A stretch of DNA of 64,000 nt from positions 24,674 through 88,673 of IMG/VR virus record IMGVR_UViG_3300047550_001767; one strand, given 5' to 3'. The translations under genes and the position numbers were made by a program. Under the pieces are notes generated by a model, which worked only from the letters and a program-made list of their open reading frames with translations, was not told the DNA's origin and ran no database searches. The DNA comes from a virus. This document shows positions 45,631 to 55,844 of the stretch, one piece after another (position 1 is the stretch's first letter; every line of letters begins with the position of its first letter).

Positions 45631-48600
45631 TTAAGCAGAACCTTTAATTACGGTACGTTTTATTACGGTCACGTTTGTATTATTATTAGAAACAGCATCA
45701 CTTTCTTGAGTAGAATTTCCATATTCAGCAAGTGCGATAGAAGGATATTTTTCATCTAATTTCTTAAGGGCATCCAAGGCTTTTTGTACCTTAGCGATAG
45801 ATGCGTCCCATGCTGTTTTGAGACTAATAATTTCAGGATCACCAGGAGGATAATTGTTTTGTGCATCTAGGTATTCGCTTTCTGCAAAACTTGCTTCATC
45901 CTCAGCGTCATTTAATTCTTCAGTTAACATATCCTGTTCATCGATATAGGCATTTCTTTCTTCTGTGGCACTATCAACTTCACTAGCCGCTGCCTCATCT
46001 ATTTCGCCAAACTTAGGAGGAGGAATATCAGGGTCATCCAATGTGCTTGCTACAGAATCGGTCAACTCTGATCTATCTACAGTGTTTAATGCTACAGAAG
46101 GCATTTTAACACCTGATCCAGGACTTGCTACTGATCCTAATGCATTTTGCAACTCTGACGCTGCGCCTGCAGGAAGTCCCGAACTTACCAAACTTGACAA
46201 TCCGCCTGCCTGAGCTTTTGCTTTTGAGAGTAAATCTCCTGCCTTGCCTAATAATTCACCAGCCAATCCTGTTAATGCTCCTGCTTGTGATCCTGTTATT
46301 GCACTCTTTAAGTCTCCAATGCCAGGCATATTCGGCATGCCTCCTTTTGCTAAATTTGTAATACTGCCTGCTGCTGCTGCGCCTCCTGGCAAATTACTTA
46401 ATCCGCTAGCCAAAGAAGATACTGTACCTGAAACTAATCCTGTTGCTTTTGCCTTAGCAGCATCAATTAAACCGTTAGTAGCAGTTGGATTATTTAATAA
46501 TGAAGTCGGGCTTGCAAAGGCTCCCGGTGACATTGTAGGGCTATTTGCAAATTTTGACAATTGTCCAGTAGCATTACTTAACACACTTGAACCAACTGAT
46601 GCTAGTCCTTTTGAAGCGTTTACAAGTGAGTCTGCTATGGTACCTGAATTAGGTAAAATGTTTGAACCTAAACCTACATTAGCACCTGTTTGCTGTAACG
46701 TTGACTGCGCAGCCTGTGATAAAGAGTTAGTTGTATCAGAAACAGATGCTAAGGCATTGTCTGCTGCTGCTTGTTTTGCAATGGCTGTTAAGTTTTGTGG
46801 CTTGCCTGCTTCCATTGGTTTAAAACTTGCTGCTATGGCACTAAATGCGCCTGCTGAAACACCTTTTGCTGTATCAATAACATCTGATAACGACGGAGAC
46901 TTTGCTAAGGCCTGCACACTATCTAAACCCTCGCCTATGCCCGCTCCAAAATTGCCTGCACCAATATCGTCCATTACATTGTCTAGACCAGAAAATGAAG
47001 AACTTACACCCAACTTACTTAGTGCGCCGGCATTTACAGCATCTAACGTTTTGGATAAGCCGTTTTTACTAGTTGATAGAACCATGCCTCCTAATTGTGT
47101 TGATACCTCTTTGCCTGATATTACACCTGCTGCTTGTAATTGTGTTTGTGCTTGTTGAAAATTATTTGTCATTAATTGTGTTTGTGCCTGCGTATTTGAT
47201 ACAAGCGAAGGTAAATTTTGTGCGCCGCTATAGCCTGTAAACAAATTTTGTCCCATACTTACCTTAACGTTGCCGCTTTGACCTGCTAGTGAGGTTATTA
47301 AAGGACCCGACCCAGGTTTTAATGCTCCTGCTACCTGCAACTGGTCTGCTGTTAAGGCGTATTTTCCTACTGCTATTGTTGGGCTATTGCCAGGCACATC
47401 GGCAATTGCTGCGCCCTTTTTTACAGCATCTTTTAATGGGCCTTTTCCAGCCTTTTGACTTTGCGCGCCTGCTATTGCTGAAGATACTTTAGAATTAATT
47501 GATGTGCTAGTGCCTTTACTTGATGGTACTGTATTTGTAACCGCTGAGCTAGGTTTACCAGACAATGCACTCGCCGCTTTGTTGTTCGTATTTTTGACGC
47601 TGTTTGCTGGTGCAGAAGGCAATGCGCTACTAGCACTAATAGTGGTTTTTACATCTACGCCTTGACCTGCATTAGCCCATGGTGTATGCGCAGGCGCTCT
47701 GCTAGTGATACTAACCAATTTTGCAGGCGCTGCCAAAAATCCTTTTTGTTTATCAAACAGTGTATCTGTATGTAATGTTTTTTCTATAGCAGGAACTTCT
47801 TGTGGTTTAGTGCTTGTTTGCCCACTGTTTAGGTTAACTTTACTTCCATTTACAAACGCTTCAGCAGACGATGCCATACTTGCTTGACCACCTGACTCAA
47901 CACTATATGCGCCGCCTACCTTAGTAGTATGTTTTCCAGAAGTGAAATTACTATAATTACTACCAACTCTTTGTTTATATTCTTTTTCACTGTTAAGGTG
48001 AATATTTTCACCTTGTAAATTTAAATTTTTAGTAGCATGAATATTAACATCATTATCAGCGTGTAAGTTTAAATCTCCTTGAGTACGAATGTTTACTGAG
48101 TTTGTAGAGTACAAATCAATAGTACCCTCTTTACCTAACTCTATATAACTTTGACCGTTACTATGTAGTAACATTAATGTTTGACCATCGTCACTCATTA
48201 ATATTTGATGTCCTAAACTAGTGCGTATTCTTATAAGTTGGTCACGACCAATAATATCACCGTCATCCATTACAATTGTATGACCGCCTCTACGTGCAAC
48301 AACACGTAATTGTTTAGCGTTATCTGCCTTTAAATTACTAGCAATACTTGTATCGTCGAAACCGCCTTCATATATTGGGCGTCCTGGAGTACTCACACCC
48401 CATCCTACTCTACTTGGACTTTCACGTTGACTGCTTGAACCTATAGGTCCTCTTACAGGATCACGTAATATTCCTTGTTGAAACATGATAGCACTGCTGT
48501 AACTGTGTACAGGTTTTGGTGCTGTTAAGTATTGGCTACTATCGGCAACATCTTTATTATTTGTGTTAATATTAGTTACAGGTAATCGTTTAGCACCACC

Positions 48601-49062
48601 ATAACTATCTGCTTCACCTTTATTAGGTATAATATTATCTACTGCTCCTATAGCAGGAACCATTTGTAGTGCTTCTGGTTCAGGTACACAACCTATATAA
48701 AATCCATAGTTCATGTCACCGTCGACAAATAAACACAATACTGTAGTGCCGATGTCTGGAGGACTCATCCACATACCATAACTGCTGGGATTAGTTTTGT
48801 AAGTACCTAAATCTGTATCTCCTGCATCTGGTCTTGTAAATCCAAAAAATGGACTTAAGAATTTTACCGGGCGCCAGTTATCTTTGTTGTCGGGATCTAT
48901 ACCACTGTTATCCACAATATAAACCATTAAGCGGCCAGAACGTGTAGGATCAACATTATCTTTGACTATACCTAGAGCAGGCGTCATGCGTGGATTGGTG
49001 CCACCGGCATCTGCCTTACTTCTTTTTAATGCGCCTTTTGGTTTAATTACGTCTTGTGCCAT
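45631..49062 (-). CDS. Baseplate central spike (gp5/VgrG-like) with long C-terminal extension
   Basis: N-terminal OB-fold (GIVKDNVDP.RSGRL.V, SYGMW..PPDIG..VL), beta-helix repeats (GH..VMDD, IRIRT..GHQI.M.D, VNLNSG), then Ala/Gly/Ser-rich and acidic helical regions. Confidence 0.8.
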   Translation of the reverse strand: MAQDVIKPKGALKRSKADAGGTNPRMTPALGIVKDNVDPTRSGRLMVYIVDNSGIDPDNKDNWRPVKFLSPFFGFTRPDAGDTDLGTYKTNPSSYGMWMSPPDIGTTVLCLFVDGDMNYGFYIGCVPEPEALQMVPAIGAVDNIIPNKGEADSYGGAKRLPVTNINTNNKDVADSSQYLTAPKPVHSYSSAIMFQQGILRDPVRGPIGSSSQRESPSRVGWGVSTPGRPIYEGGFDDTSIASNLKADNAKQLRVVARRGGHTIVMDDGDIIGRDQLIRIRTSLGHQILMSDDGQTLMLLHSNGQSYIELGKEGTIDLYSTNSVNIRTQGDLNLHADNDVNIHATKNLNLQGENIHLNSEKEYKQRVGSNYSNFTSGKHTTKVGGAYSVESGGQASMASSAEAFVNGSKVNLNSGQTSTKPQEVPAIEKTLHTDTLFDKQKGFLAAPAKLVSITSRAPAHTPWANAGQGVDVKTTISASSALPSAPANSVKNTNNKAASALSGKPSSAVTNTVPSSKGTSTSINSKVSSAIAGAQSQKAGKGPLKDAVKKGAAIADVPGNSPTIAVGKYALTADQLQVAGALKPGSGPLITSLAGQSGNVKVSMGQNLFTGYSGAQNLPSLVSNTQAQTQLMTNNFQQAQTQLQAAGVISGKEVSTQLGGMVLSTSKNGLSKTLDAVNAGALSKLGVSSSFSGLDNVMDDIGAGNFGAGIGEGLDSVQALAKSPSLSDVIDTAKGVSAGAFSAIAASFKPMEAGKPQNLTAIAKQAAADNALASVSDTTNSLSQAAQSTLQQTGANVGLGSNILPNSGTIADSLVNASKGLASVGSSVLSNATGQLSKFANSPTMSPGAFASPTSLLNNPTATNGLIDAAKAKATGLVSGTVSSLASGLSNLPGGAAAAGSITNLAKGGMPNMPGIGDLKSAITGSQAGALTGLAGELLGKAGDLLSKAKAQAGGLSSLVSSGLPAGAASELQNALGSVASPGSGVKMPSVALNTVDRSELTDSVASTLDDPDIPPPKFGEIDEAAASEVDSATEERNAYIDEQDMLTEELNDAEDEASFAESEYLDAQNNYPPGDPEIISLKTAWDASIAKVQKALDALKKLDEKYPSIALAEYGNSTQESDAVSNNNTNVTVIKRTVIKGSA

Positions 49063-49065
49063 TTA

Positions 49066-51444
49066 TTATCCTCTTCTATCAGGATCATCCTCAGCGAACG
49101 GATCATCACTTAACTTATCTTCACCAACATCTGTTTCAAGGTCATCGTCATTACTACCTTGTTTCTCTTGAGTTTGTTTAGCCGTACTATCATCTGAACC
49201 TGGTTCACCCATATCAAATGTAGGGCCTACTAATGTTAGTGTTTGTTCAAATTTACCTTGTGAGAATGTACTTTCAACTTCTGTTAGCATCCAAATTACA
49301 GCACCCTGTGCCATATCTTTGATATATTGGGGGTAGTTTAAAAACAAAATGGATTCGTTTATATCCATTACACCTGTTTCATTATTATAATCAACTGCTT
49401 CTTTAAATGCCACTTCAATATAAACTTGACCACCGCTTGCACTAATAGTATATCCGTCAGTGCCATAAAATTTACTATAGAATTGTGTTAGGGATGTTTG
49501 TGCATCTCTCATTAAAAAGTCAGGATCTCCTAAAATTCTTATACGACCATTGCAATAAGCACCGTCATCCTGCAAACTTGTAACCACACTATTTTGTGCT
49601 TCTAAACTTATACCTAATCCACCCATCTTACTTGTATTATTTGTTGCACCTGTTCTTACACTTGCGCCGCCGGCTACTGCTGTGCCGGCACTTGTGTCTT
49701 TACTTCCGGGCGGTGGTGGATCACTTTTTGTTCCGCTATTACCGGCTGTTGCTTTAGAATTTCCTGTTGCTGAGCCTGATGTGCCTTGTGCGTTAGCATC
49801 ACTTCCTTGACCTTCTCTTTCTGCACCGGGATTTTCTGTAGTGCCTATAGGTTTAAATTCTTCTTGGGTCATGCCTAAAACAGTGTTAAAATACAAATTA
49901 TCAAATGTTAATGTATAATCTAGTACTTCACTATTTTGACCTGTAAAATAATAATCATATCTTTTATGTGGACCATAATATTTGGTAGTATCTGGCGCAA
50001 ATGGAGTTGCTACGCTAGGTATATCATATACAGTAATAACAAATGTTTGTTCATATGCCCAATCTTTAATTTTGTCGTCCCAATAACATGCAGTAATATC
50101 GCTATTGATACTAAACCACGCTAGTGGAAAAGGATCTTCTACTGAAGATTGAACATAACCCTTTTTAGTAGGGTCAGGTTGTTTTGCATTAGAATAAACT
50201 GTTTGCAAAGATTGTTCCATGTACTGACTTTTTTTAATAATTGTTTCTATCATCTGCACGATAGATTCATCATTGTTAAAAGTAAACATTCTTTCATTTG
50301 GGTCAGGTGGTTTATTACTTTTAGCATCAGTAGATTCTGATGTAGTTTTTGCTCCGCTACCTGGCCAGCGCCATTTATCTAAATCTGATTGTGTAACTAT
50401 ACTTGCTAAACCAATTCTTTCATAAGCATCGCCTTGATACATAATGCTGTAAATATTCGGTACTTTAGCATCAGGTGGTTTTTTATTGACTTTATCTTGT
50501 TCAAGTTTGTTTAATTTTGTAATTAATCCTTCTGGACCTTGAAGTACATCATCTACTGTTCTTCCCTGAACTTTTACTCCAGTAGGCACACGACCGCGCT
50601 TTACACCTAATAAAGATTGAGCATTAATGCCTGTTGCTTCAATATTATAAACTGTGGCTTTGCCGTCTAATTTAAATCTTACATTAGTAAATTGTATATC
50701 GTAAAATTGCTCAAACAACGCACCACTGCCTAAAGGATCAATTGGTTCACCGTATAAACTATCTCCAGATTGTACTATTCTACCATCAATATCATAGCCA
50801 TAAAATCGTATGCCTAAAATATAAATTTGTTTAAATTGGTCACTTAATTCTTTATATGCAGTATTATCGGTATATGCTTTTAAAGCATCTGCTGCTCTTT
50901 TTAATTTTGTAAGAAAGCTAAAACCATATGGCTCTGTAATTTGAAAACTTAAAGAGGGTATACAACTAACATCTGTACCAGTGCCTGCACTGCCAATTAC
51001 AGTATTATATTTGAGATTATCAATATAATAGTCAACTTCAAATCCTGGTGCTCGTCTATCAGTGCTGTTGTTAATGCCACCACTTTGCGCTATAATATAT
51101 GCGCCGGCGCCTGATCCATCTTCATTAATAGTTTGTAATGCTTTAATATTTTGTCTGCCGCTTGCTACGAATTCACTATATGCATCTGGCGTAATCATAT
51201 ACAATGTAAGATTATACGTGTAACTTGCTAACTTACTTAAAGGATTATATAATCTTCTACCCGGTCTATCTGCTCCGCCAAACCCTGCTTTTCCTGGACT
51301 AGCAACTGTTCCTGTGGCATTTCCGCGACTTGATACTGAAGTTGCAACTCCGCTGCCTGAAGGTATTACATTTTGATTTTGATTTAATGATGATTTTGCC
51401 AGACTATTTAAATCATCGTCTGCAAGGTTAGCGTTCAAAGCCAT
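49066..51444 (-). CDS. Baseplate hub protein (gp27-like position)
   Basis: Lies between gp53-like and gp5-like genes. NPL...ASYTY, I.EPYG..F, KRYDY.FTGQN, I.GDP.F, F..G.F.QTL motifs typical of jumbo-myovirus hubs. Confidence 0.65.
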   Translation of the reverse strand: MALNANLADDDLNSLAKSSLNQNQNVIPSGSGVATSVSSRGNATGTVASPGKAGFGGADRPGRRLYNPLSKLASYTYNLTLYMITPDAYSEFVASGRQNIKALQTINEDGSGAGAYIIAQSGGINNSTDRRAPGFEVDYYIDNLKYNTVIGSAGTGTDVSCIPSLSFQITEPYGFSFLTKLKRAADALKAYTDNTAYKELSDQFKQIYILGIRFYGYDIDGRIVQSGDSLYGEPIDPLGSGALFEQFYDIQFTNVRFKLDGKATVYNIEATGINAQSLLGVKRGRVPTGVKVQGRTVDDVLQGPEGLITKLNKLEQDKVNKKPPDAKVPNIYSIMYQGDAYERIGLASIVTQSDLDKWRWPGSGAKTTSESTDAKSNKPPDPNERMFTFNNDESIVQMIETIIKKSQYMEQSLQTVYSNAKQPDPTKKGYVQSSVEDPFPLAWFSINSDITACYWDDKIKDWAYEQTFVITVYDIPSVATPFAPDTTKYYGPHKRYDYYFTGQNSEVLDYTLTFDNLYFNTVLGMTQEEFKPIGTTENPGAEREGQGSDANAQGTSGSATGNSKATAGNSGTKSDPPPPGSKDTSAGTAVAGGASVRTGATNNTSKMGGLGISLEAQNSVVTSLQDDGAYCNGRIRILGDPDFLMRDAQTSLTQFYSKFYGTDGYTISASGGQVYIEVAFKEAVDYNNETGVMDINESILFLNYPQYIKDMAQGAVIWMLTEVESTFSQGKFEQTLTLVGPTFDMGEPGSDDSTAKQTQEKQGSNDDDLETDVGEDKLSDDPFAEDDPDRRG

Positions 51445-51446
51445 TG

Positions 51447-51761
51447 TTAAATACCTAATACTTGTTTAAGTGTATCCAATTTAGGCACATAAAATTCTAC
51501 GCCAGTCTTAAAATCAAAATAAGGATCAGGCCCTAAACGATTGGGATTTCGTGCAGCAAATACCCACCAAAGCCTACTATCATTGTATAAGTGGAAGGCT
51601 AACAAATCTGGACGATATTGATATACTGCCGGTAATACATAAAGTACATCGCTAGGCTGACTTGGTATAGGTCTGTTTACCATAAAGTCTAAAAACTTTT
51701 TGTTAAACACTCCCGTATCCTTATAGGGACTAGTTTTTGGATATAAGTTATTTGTAGCCAT
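51447..51761 (-). CDS. gp53: Baseplate wedge protein gp53-like (LysM-like)
   Basis: YRPDLLA..LY.D..LWWVF...N signature. Confidence 0.82.
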   Translation of the reverse strand: MATNNLYPKTSPYKDTGVFNKKFLDFMVNRPIPSQPSDVLYVLPAVYQYRPDLLAFHLYNDSRLWWVFAARNPNRLGPDPYFDFKTGVEFYVPKLDTLKQVLGI

Positions 51762-52693
51762 TACCAGAATCCTGCCGTGCCATTATTTGAACCATTTAAG
51801 ATAGCGCCATTACCATATTCAGTAACACTAAATCTGTTGCTTACGTCATATCTACTTACTATTGGTATGGCTGAAAAACTAATATTAATTTTAGTTGGTA
51901 CATACGTTGGATCTTTTGTTCCAGGTGGAACTCTTGAATTAAAGCCTGAGTTTGTAAATGCTGGTTTAGGCAAAACGCCGCCGGGCATTAATCCAGTTGC
52001 TTGTATGAGTCCTTGTGCTGTGCTGCCTAAAGATTTCACTGCTCCTTGTGCTAATGTTTGTACTACTTTATCAAACAAACCCAACGTCTTTTTAGGTTTT
52101 TGTATATCAGCGGTTTCTGCTCTACTTACACCGGAAGGTAAAGTTATTGCTCCTGCTCTAATATAATCTACGTCTGTAGGTAAATTATATGTAAAATTTG
52201 AGATTGCTAAAGGATGTTCGTTAAATTGATACTCACCTAAACCGGTTAGATAACACAATGGTGGAGGAGTACCTGGTTTAGGATACTCATCTTGACCATA
52301 AAACATTTTAGTTACTGATCTTAAAAAATGTATGACTGCCAATAGGTAATTTGCCTCTGCCGTATCTTGGGCAGTAAAATCACATGTTATACTAATACTA
52401 TCAACATTGCTGCTTTCGTATTGAAATATTTTATAGTTAGTATGTACCGGAGCCACACTTTGATAATTTGCAGCGTATGTAACTGTGATATTTGGAGTAT
52501 ATGGGAAAATTATACCGTCTGTTGCAGCCAATGGCGACAACAAAATATTATTAGGATCGTTATAAAGATAGGTTGCACCACGTGCTAATCTAAGGCGAAC
52601 ACGCCAGTCTTTTTGCTGTTCGTAGTTTGTACTATCTTGTAGGGTAGCCTGTTCTCTGGCTTGCTCTGTTGCTGATGGTATTCCCTGTGCCAT
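51761..52693 (-). CDS. Baseplate/tail-tube initiator-like structural protein
   Basis: GIIFPYTP.I...Y.A.Y....HTNY, HFLRS.TKMFYG, PPP.C.L.G.G, LP.DVDY, VPT motifs; first gene of the baseplate operon. Confidence 0.6.
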   Translation of the reverse strand: MAQGIPSATEQAREQATLQDSTNYEQQKDWRVRLRLARGATYLYNDPNNILLSPLAATDGIIFPYTPNITVTYAANYQSVAPVHTNYKIFQYESSNVDSISITCDFTAQDTAEANYLLAVIHFLRSVTKMFYGQDEYPKPGTPPPLCYLTGLGEYQFNEHPLAISNFTYNLPTDVDYIRAGAITLPSGVSRAETADIQKPKKTLGLFDKVVQTLAQGAVKSLGSTAQGLIQATGLMPGGVLPKPAFTNSGFNSRVPPGTKDPTYVPTKINISFSAIPIVSRYDVSNRFSVTEYGNGAILNGSNNGTAGFW

Positions 52694-52717
52694 ATAATTC
52701 CTTTACAGTTCTATATG

Positions 52718-52725
52718 TATAAATA
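52718..52725 (+). promoter_or_regulatory. T4-type late promoter consensus TATAAATA
   Basis: Exact T4 late consensus facing the sigma-factor gene. Confidence 0.45.
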
Positions 52726-52740
52726 GACTGTCTTGTGTAT

Positions 52741-52748
52741 TATTTATC
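52741..52748 (-). promoter_or_regulatory. Putative late promoter GATAAATA for the baseplate operon
   Basis: ~50 nt upstream of 52693 start, which has an AAGGA RBS. Confidence 0.6.
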
Positions 52749-52780
52749 GCCCTAAAAATCACCGTTTTTCTATTGCAGGC

Positions 52781-52809
52781 TTGACATAATCTGTCAGGTC
52801 ATGTATCAT
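52781..52809 (+). promoter_or_regulatory. Sigma70-type promoter TTGACA-N17-TATCAT
   Basis: Perfect -35, 17-nt spacer, 5/6 -10; upstream of the RBS (AGAGGA) and ATG at 52837. Confidence 0.75.
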
Positions 52810-52836
52810 TTTTACAACACAATAACAAGAGGAACT

Positions 52837-53733
52837 ATGTCTACTGCTAAGAAACCTGTTAACTATCTAAACAATAAAGATATTCTAAAAGAGATACATG
52901 CCAGCAAAACTACATATTGCTGCTATAGCCGTCAAGAATATCATCAATATGATCTAATCATTGACATGCCACAGAGCCCATTGGAAAAGTCATTAGATCA
53001 ACTAATAAGACCCAAAAACATCAAGGCTGCTAGAGAAGCAAGAGCAGCAAGAATTTTAAATCAAACTGGACAAGAAGTTAAATTAAAGGATATACCCGTA
53101 ACCGATCTTGTATTTCGTGTTATGACTTGGGATCATATTCCAGTAAGCCCAAAGCAACCACGCAAGGTTGTTAAAAAGAAAACAGCAAAAGACATATTAG
53201 AATTCGATGACCAAGAAGAAGAAAGTCTATTTGAAGATTTAGAACTTGAAGATACTAAGGACGATGTTGATGACATGGTTCATGTCAAGGTCAACTTCCC
53301 ACCATTCCAACACTACAAATTAGATGAAAACAATAGTGCAATTTGTGTTGGCAAAAGTCATTGGAAGGGCGGTGTAAAGACTGGTGAGTTTAGTAAGGAT
53401 CATGGAAAGATTACTGACAAACTAGCCCGCATGTTCATTATGTTGTGTGAAAAGTATGCCATGAAGTTCAACTGGCGTGGTTATACTTACAATGATGAAA
53501 TGCGTAATAGCGCAATTTTACAGCTAACTTATGTTGGATTACGATTCAATGAAGCCAAGAGTGCTAACCCATTCGCATACTACACAGCCGCTATTACAAA
53601 TAGTTTCTGCCGCGTGTTGAATACTGAAAAGCGTAATCAAAATATCCGTGACGATATTTTAGAAATGAATGGATTGAACCCGAGTTACACACGCCAAATG
53701 CGTGATATGAAATTTGATAGTTATGAAGAATAA
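52837..53733 (+). CDS. gp55: Late-transcription sigma factor (T4 gp55-like)
   Basis: NYLNNKDIL...NWRGYTYNDEM...F...KS.NPFAYYT....NSF.R....EK. Start moved from 52801 to 52837 because of the RBS and promoter position. Sits upstream of gp47/46 as in T4. Confidence 0.88.
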   Translation: MSTAKKPVNYLNNKDILKEIHASKTTYCCYSRQEYHQYDLIIDMPQSPLEKSLDQLIRPKNIKAAREARAARILNQTGQEVKLKDIPVTDLVFRVMTWDHIPVSPKQPRKVVKKKTAKDILEFDDQEEESLFEDLELEDTKDDVDDMVHVKVNFPPFQHYKLDENNSAICVGKSHWKGGVKTGEFSKDHGKITDKLARMFIMLCEKYAMKFNWRGYTYNDEMRNSAILQLTYVGLRFNEAKSANPFAYYTAAITNSFCRVLNTEKRNQNIRDDILEMNGLNPSYTRQMRDMKFDSYEE

Positions 53734-53777
53734 CCAAAAAACTTTAATAAAATCAATAACTTAGATAAACTATATAG

Positions 53778-54797
53778 ATGTCCAACTTATTTAAGAAGGC
53801 AGCGGTCTTTACAGATATACACTTTGGCTTAAAATCAAACAGTCTTGAACACAATCAAGATTGTGCCGATTTCGTTGATTGGTTTATAGAGACTGCTAAG
53901 GCAGAAGGTTGCGAGACTTGCTTTTTCTTGGGTGATTACAATCACCATCGTGCAAGTATCAACATACACACTATGCAGTATGGTCTACGTGCTTTAGAAA
54001 AACTAAACGACAATTTTGATGTGGTATACTTTATTCCAGGTAACCACGACTTATATTATCGTGACCGTAGAGATATACATAGTGTTGAATGGGCAAAACA
54101 TCTAAAAAATGTAGTGATTGTAAATGATTGGTTCAGTCAAGATGACGTAACAATTGCGCCATGGTTAGTAGGAGATGAATACAAGAAACTGCTCAAGATC
54201 AAATCAACGAAATATTTGTTTTCGCATCTTGAGTTGCCACGCTTCTACATGAACGCAATGGTAGAGATGCCAGATCACGGTGAAATTAATGATGAGCATG
54301 TTAAAGGATTTGAACAAGTATACAGCGGGCATTTTCATAAACGTCAAGCAAGAAAGAATATTTGGTATATGGGCAATGCTTTCCCACATAACTATGCAGA
54401 TGCAGGTGATGACGCACGTGGTATGATGATACTTGAATGGGGAGTTGATCCTATATTCAAATCATGGCCTAAACAACCTGTATTTCGTGTCTATAAACTT
54501 AGTGATGTGCTTGAAAATCCAGATGGATTATTATTGCCAAGAAGTAGCGTAAGAGTTCATCTCAATATAGAAATAAGTTATGAAGAGGCAAACTTTATTA
54601 AAGAGCAACTTATTCCAAAACATCAACTACGTGAAATGGCATTAATACCTATAAAATTAGATCAACATCAACTTGATCTTGCGCCGGGCGAGTTGAAATT
54701 TGAAAGTGTTGATCAAATAATAACAGATCAAATAAGCAACATAGAGAGTCAATTTTACGACCACAAATTACTATTAGAAATATATAGGAATTTGTAA
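53778..54797 (+). CDS. gp47: Recombination endonuclease subunit (gp47/Mre11/SbcD-like)
   Basis: Phosphoesterase motifs DIHFG, GD, GNHD, HLE, GHFH. Confidence 0.93.
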   Translation: MSNLFKKAAVFTDIHFGLKSNSLEHNQDCADFVDWFIETAKAEGCETCFFLGDYNHHRASINIHTMQYGLRALEKLNDNFDVVYFIPGNHDLYYRDRRDIHSVEWAKHLKNVVIVNDWFSQDDVTIAPWLVGDEYKKLLKIKSTKYLFSHLELPRFYMNAMVEMPDHGEINDEHVKGFEQVYSGHFHKRQARKNIWYMGNAFPHNYADAGDDARGMMILEWGVDPIFKSWPKQPVFRVYKLSDVLENPDGLLLPRSSVRVHLNIEISYEEANFIKEQLIPKHQLREMALIPIKLDQHQLDLAPGELKFESVDQIITDQISNIESQFYDHKLLLEIYRNL

Positions 54798-55844
54798 ATG
54801 CTAACCGACGATAAAAATATAGATTACAATCAATTTATATTTGAAACTAAAGAATATGTATCTGTAGAAATTCCTTGGATAACATGGAATGCATTACACT
54901 TAGAAAATAAAAATCAAAGGCACGAACGGTTAGCATATGAAATTAATGCTGTAAAGTTGGGTCAAAGAACTTTAGTTTTAAACTGTTCAAATGAGGTTTG
55001 GTCTATAGGTGCATTGTTAAAAAAATTTTTACCTTACATTAGATTTCCTAAAAATCAAATAAAATTAGTATTTGGTACCACTTTAATAGATCCGGTGTTT
55101 AAAAATTATATGTGTGAGGTGACTCATACTGGAGCAGCAGATTGGTTAGGATTTTATACAAAACTTAGAAAGCAAGGTATTGCATGGAAAAATGTAGAGA
55201 TTAATTCACATTTAATCGCTCTCTGTAGAAGACCAAACAGTTTACGTGCTGATATTATAAAAAGTCTTTTGGACTTATATGGAGAAAAAGTAAAAGTAAG
55301 TTTTCATACTATTGATGCCAGCCAACAAGAAATTGAAGATTACCAAAAGATGTTTTATCCTAAAAGTATTCCTATTGAATTAGACGACATGAGTTCACAT
55401 ACTTCTGTAATACAATTATCAAATACTTCAAGTGTGATGTACAAAAGTCTAATTCATTTGGTACTAGAGACAGAGCCGCCTGATAATTGGTACGGCATTT
55501 TACTTACTGAAAAAAGTTTTAAACCTTTTGCTTATCATCAATTACCTCTATTTTTGGCACCCGCAGGACAGATTAAAAAATTGCGAGACTTAGGGTTTGA
55601 TATGTTTGATGACATATTTGATGGACATCCCTATGATACTGAAACTTATTATAATTTATATAAACTTAAATTACTAAAAGTTTTAAAAAAATTTATGGAT
55701 AGTTATCCAACAGTTGATCATGTGCGTTCGTTACGTGGGAGTCTTTTCCCCAGACTAGAGTATAATAACAATTTATTAGAGTCAATTATTATTAAAAATC
55801 CGCCTTATCTAAAACATCACTATTTTAGCAGGGATCCATTATAA
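54798..55844 (+). CDS. GT10-like glycosyltransferase-like protein inserted between gp47 and gp46
   Basis: SLIHLVLET...LTEKSFKPF..HQLP...G....LRDLGFD.FDD; same C-terminal motif family as 2579 and 5862. Confidence 0.5.
   Translation: MLTDDKNIDYNQFIFETKEYVSVEIPWITWNALHLENKNQRHERLAYEINAVKLGQRTLVLNCSNEVWSIGALLKKFLPYIRFPKNQIKLVFGTTLIDPVFKNYMCEVTHTGAADWLGFYTKLRKQGIAWKNVEINSHLIALCRRPNSLRADIIKSLLDLYGEKVKVSFHTIDASQQEIEDYQKMFYPKSIPIELDDMSSHTSVIQLSNTSSVMYKSLIHLVLETEPPDNWYGILLTEKSFKPFAYHQLPLFLAPAGQIKKLRDLGFDMFDDIFDGHPYDTETYYNLYKLKLLKVLKKFMDSYPTVDHVRSLRGSLFPRLEYNNNLLESIIIKNPPYLKHHYFSRDPL

Noticed and set aside
46244-47158. 304-aa plus-strand ORF (and 45965/46125 ORFs) opposite the spike gene
   Set aside because: Antisense shadow of Ala/Gly/Ser-rich codons; low-complexity product, no motifs, wholly inside a well-supported gene.
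52801-52836. Longer N-terminus of gp55 given by the ORF track
   Set aside because: ATG 52801 lies within the sigma70 promoter spacer; ATG 52837 has an AGAGGA RBS.
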